Assembly: GCA_964187785.1 (NCBI GenBank) | Contig: OZ076409.1 | Location: forward strand, 96,288,001 to 96,352,000 | DNA from: Amphiscolops sp. MND2022 | Taxonomy: Eukaryota | Direction of reading: 5' to 3' | DNA length: 64,000 nucleotides | Translations under genes and position numbers: made by a program | The notes under the pieces: model-generated | Told to the model about the DNA's origin: nothing | Database searches by the model: none | Seen by the model: the letters and a program-made list of their open reading frames with translations, nothing else | In this document: positions 60,740-64,000 of the stretch, in pieces | How the letters are laid out: each line of letters starts with the position of its first letter | Position numbering within the stretch: the stretch's first letter is position 1

Positions 60740-61712
60740 TCTCCCCTTTCATTTTTTACCTTTTTTACGTAACCTACAAAACCGGAAGAGACCAAAGGGT
60801 CCCCCCCTTTTAATTTTTTTCGGCACTGTGCGAAATTTTCTTCGAAAATTTTCTAAGGCCTCAAAAGAGTCCCCCCTTCGAGTTTTTTGATATTTTGCAA
60901 CAGAATGTATGTTAATGAATCCCAAAGGGTCCCCCTTTTCACTATGGAACATTTTCGAAGTTTTTTTCAAAAAAAAATTTCAAAAAAATTTTCAATTTCT
61001 ATTTTGTTACCAGTCGGGAAACAGTGATTTTCCAGTCATATCGAGCATGAAAGGCACACTTTGGGTGTCTCGAAAGTGTTTTCAAAGCTTTTCATGAATA
61101 CGTCCTGAGCATATTGGGAAAACTTTGCGCTTCTTGAGCCTTAGATATAGCGCCGACTTTAGACGTTCCCGTCTTGTTTTTAGTCGGCGCCTTTTCCCTT
61201 AAGGAAAAAAGCCAGACTCTTACAGTGAGTAGTTTTTTTTTGTTTTTTTCAGTTGACAATCTCACTCTGAGTGGTCCACTTTTCTTACAATTTGTTCATC
61301 TTCCATATTTGTTCATCTTCCATCTTCGACCCAGCCGGAGAGCGTGGGTTCGATTCTCGCACTAAACCATAAATTTTTTAATGCTTCCAAAAGTACAGGT
61401 GAGACCAAAGGGTCCCCCCTTTGGGTTTTTTTTCGGCACTATGCGACTTTTCTTTCGAAAATTTTCGAAATTTATCAAAGGGTACCCCCTTGCATTTTTT
61501 GAAGTTTTCGGTTTGTAGAAAACGTTGAATAAGCCTGAATGGCCTCTTTTTGAGTTTTTCGGCATTGTGCGACTTAAAAAATACTTTTTTCGAAAAAAAT
61601 TTCAAAAATAATTTTTTTGAAAAAATTTTTTTTTCCAAATTTTTCCAATAGTTGTTCCTTGAATATTTTTGAGCCTAAGATATGGCGCCGACTTGGGACG
61701 TTCCCGTCTTGT
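60740..61712. repeat. Two tandem copies of a dispersed repeat family (third, inverted copy ~53757-54225)
   Basis: TTGAGCCT.AGATAT.GCGCCGACTT..GACGTTCCCGTCTTGTT at ~61134 and ~61669, plus AAAGGGTCCCCC and TTTTTCGGCACT motifs. Confidence 0.75.
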
Positions 61713-62399
61713 TCTTTTTTTCGTCAGACTGTTCACTCATCGCGTATGTACCACTTTTTGTGAATTATTGACAAATTATGACATGACGTCATTTGAGCTT
61801 TTTTTTGAGTCAAAAACCAATAAGTTAATAAGTTCCCCAGGGTTGGTGGACTGCATGGAAGAATACTGAGTATTCTACCATCATTAGAGTGCATAGGCAA
61901 GCTTAATTTGCTCAAAGCGCAATTTGTGCTTTCAATACCTCGGATTCCACGACCATACCTTTAACCGTGCAAAATTGGCAAATTACGTCATAAGTCCCGG
62001 ATTCCACAAACAAGCATTCCACGGACAAGCAGCGGAATTTTCGTGTCCCGGATTCCACGACAAGCAGCAAAATAGCTTGCCTATGCACTGTAATGATTAC
62101 CAGCAGTTGCCAAGTGTGGTTTTTCCAAGCCTTTTGTTATGTCCCCAACTATGTCTATGCATTTTGGGGTCGAATACGGAGCATAATGTAAGAAATTTTG
62201 AGCATTGAGTGTGGAAGCTCTTTCGAGTTGAATTGAGATGCTAAAACTGAATCACACTAAGGTCGAAGATTTTTGTATTGAAGAAGCAAATCGGACGTTG
62301 ACTTTTAGAATTTTCTCAGGAGAGAATATCCTTTTTGAGTATCTGCAAGACCCCATATTTTCAGTGTCAGGACCGGAAATGGAACCAAGTTGTTTTGTT

Positions 62400-62680
62400 A
62401 TTATGAAACCAAGCAAATCACAATCTTTCGTTTTTGTCAATATACTTTTGTTCACAAATATTTGGCTTCACACCTGTATTTCATTGCTATTTTGACTGGG
62501 TTTCTGCCAGTTGTGATGTTACAGTATTCTCACCTAAACTTCCATGACAATCAACATTATTAACTATAGTTTCAGTACCTTGATTCAGTGTCTTCACTTC
62601 TCTTATACTCACGTCTTCTTCTGGTGAAGGGTTATCTAGTCTTTTAGATCTCCGTATTTGATTTTTTTTCTAATTGAAAA
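62400..62680 (-). pseudogene. Degenerate E3-like gag N-terminus (old LTR remnant)
   Basis: Minus strand reads RLDNPSPEEDV...NQG...CHGSL...SQLAE...SNEIQV, matching E3 RLETPSPEREL...TQG...IHGNL...NQLIE...SNEIQA; has stops and frameshifts. Confidence 0.6.
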
Positions 62681-64000
62681 ACTGTTGAGTATTTTTTGAA
62701 TTTTTCGAAGTCTTCAAAATGACAATGATGGAATGCATGTCAGTTGTCAAATGGGCTTCAACGCAGGTTGTCACAGACCGCTCCCGGGTTGCAAAAGCAA
62801 AAGAGTCAGCTTCGGGAGAGGTCACGGGTGTACGTCGATGAGGTGGTACTATTGAACTTATAAACCTTTTAGCGAAAATAAACTGTGACCTAAGAGAAAA
62901 CAGTTATTAAAGCCTGAAAAATCTAAAACGGAAACCTTTACTAAAATGAACAGAGTGAATTAGTTTCACACATTTCCGCTGAGATGTTTAAGCCACGTCA
63001 AGATTAAGTCCAAACTCCACCTGAAATCTTATTTAAAATAAGTGTTTCTAAAGATCATAGCAAAATCTAAAAAGAAAGGTTAAACGGAAATTAAAGAACA
63101 AAGCATTACGCCTATCCGATTCTGAGAATAGCAGCTTAATTGCACTTTGAAAGGCAAATATTGCAAAGTAGGACGACATTACGTCGTTAAGTAAACAATT
63201 TCAGTTGTGCCGGCTAATATTTCTATCTGTCTATGAAGTCCGAGATAACTAATCGAGTCTAATACTCATATTACGCCCGCACGACGTCCACTCTGGCAAC
63301 TGGTCTGGTCCAGCATCAAATTTACCTCAACGCTACGTCCAATATTTATAAATTAAGCGTTTTAATTAATTTTGAAAACATGCAAAATTTCATTCCGATA
63401 AGTAATTTCTGCCAAACATACAGTTTAATTTTACGTCCTAAGTACGTCATTTGATAGGAAACTCATAACAGAGTCATCGTTTTACGTCTAGCCTATTTCG
63501 TAAGGAGATAAAACCGAGTATAATGGAATAGGGAACAATTTTCACGAGTATATTTCAGACTAAGATATTTTAAGAATTAGCATGTGAAAAACGCTGTTTA
63601 TAGTTGCAGTAACGCATAAAGAATGTTTTTTCTACATGTTGAGGATAGTTTTGCATGTTTGTGCTCTTATATTCAGCTCTTGTAACCAACCCGCATTACT
63701 ACTCATCCAGATTGACGTTAACACGTCGCTTTCGGACTTGTTTTCGATTGGTTAATATTTTATAATGACAGTCGGTATGTTTTGTTGCTGAGCAAATATC
63801 ACTCGTTGCTTGTCACCATTATAAGTGCGGATGTTACCAATATTCATTGGAAGTTAATGCTAGCGTTCGAACGTTATTAAATAATCCTAGTGTTGAGTTT
63901 TGTAACCATACTTGTTGTATTTAACTAGCGTCGTCCTGACGTCCTTTTAATTATTGTTACAGTGTTCAGTTCAAAGTGCGATTTAGTTGTTCGAATATTT

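Noticed and set aside
61340..61365. GGGTTCGATTCTC tRNA B-box-like motif
   Set aside because: No cloverleaf or A box found; part of a dispersed repeat

Overview
Repeat-dense eukaryotic (probably invertebrate animal) DNA with no confidently identifiable host gene. It is dominated by three insertions of one unusual Ty3/Gypsy LTR-retrotransposon lineage, each with TG...CA termini and a 5-bp target-site duplication: E1 (1202-17206, +, gag-pol intact), E2 (24620-32686, -, internally deleted) and E3 (34797-51566, +, a divergent subfamily with a few disabling lesions). The shared architecture is striking. (i) The 1.7-2.2 kb LTRs contain the first ~195 codons of gag, so the PBS lies inside gag. (ii) A -1 frameshift joins gag and pol. 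(iii) Downstream of pol sits a multi-exon ANTISENSE gene whose internal exon sizes (486, 135, 82 nt) and intron phases are identical in E1 and E3; it encodes a C2H2-finger protein resembling a catalytically degenerate hAT transposase. (iv) A divergently oriented sense ORF (SIM-like motif plus CxxC domain) runs across the 3' LTR boundary where a polypurine tract should be. (v) Family-specific motifs with 10-bp internal spacing are repeated through the non-coding DNA. Also present: a decayed hAT DNA transposon with a nested hAT MITE, three ~100-bp near-perfect palindromes, LTR/gag remnants, dispersed repeats and a short beta-helix-like repeat ORF. All alignments were done by eye; no database searches were run.
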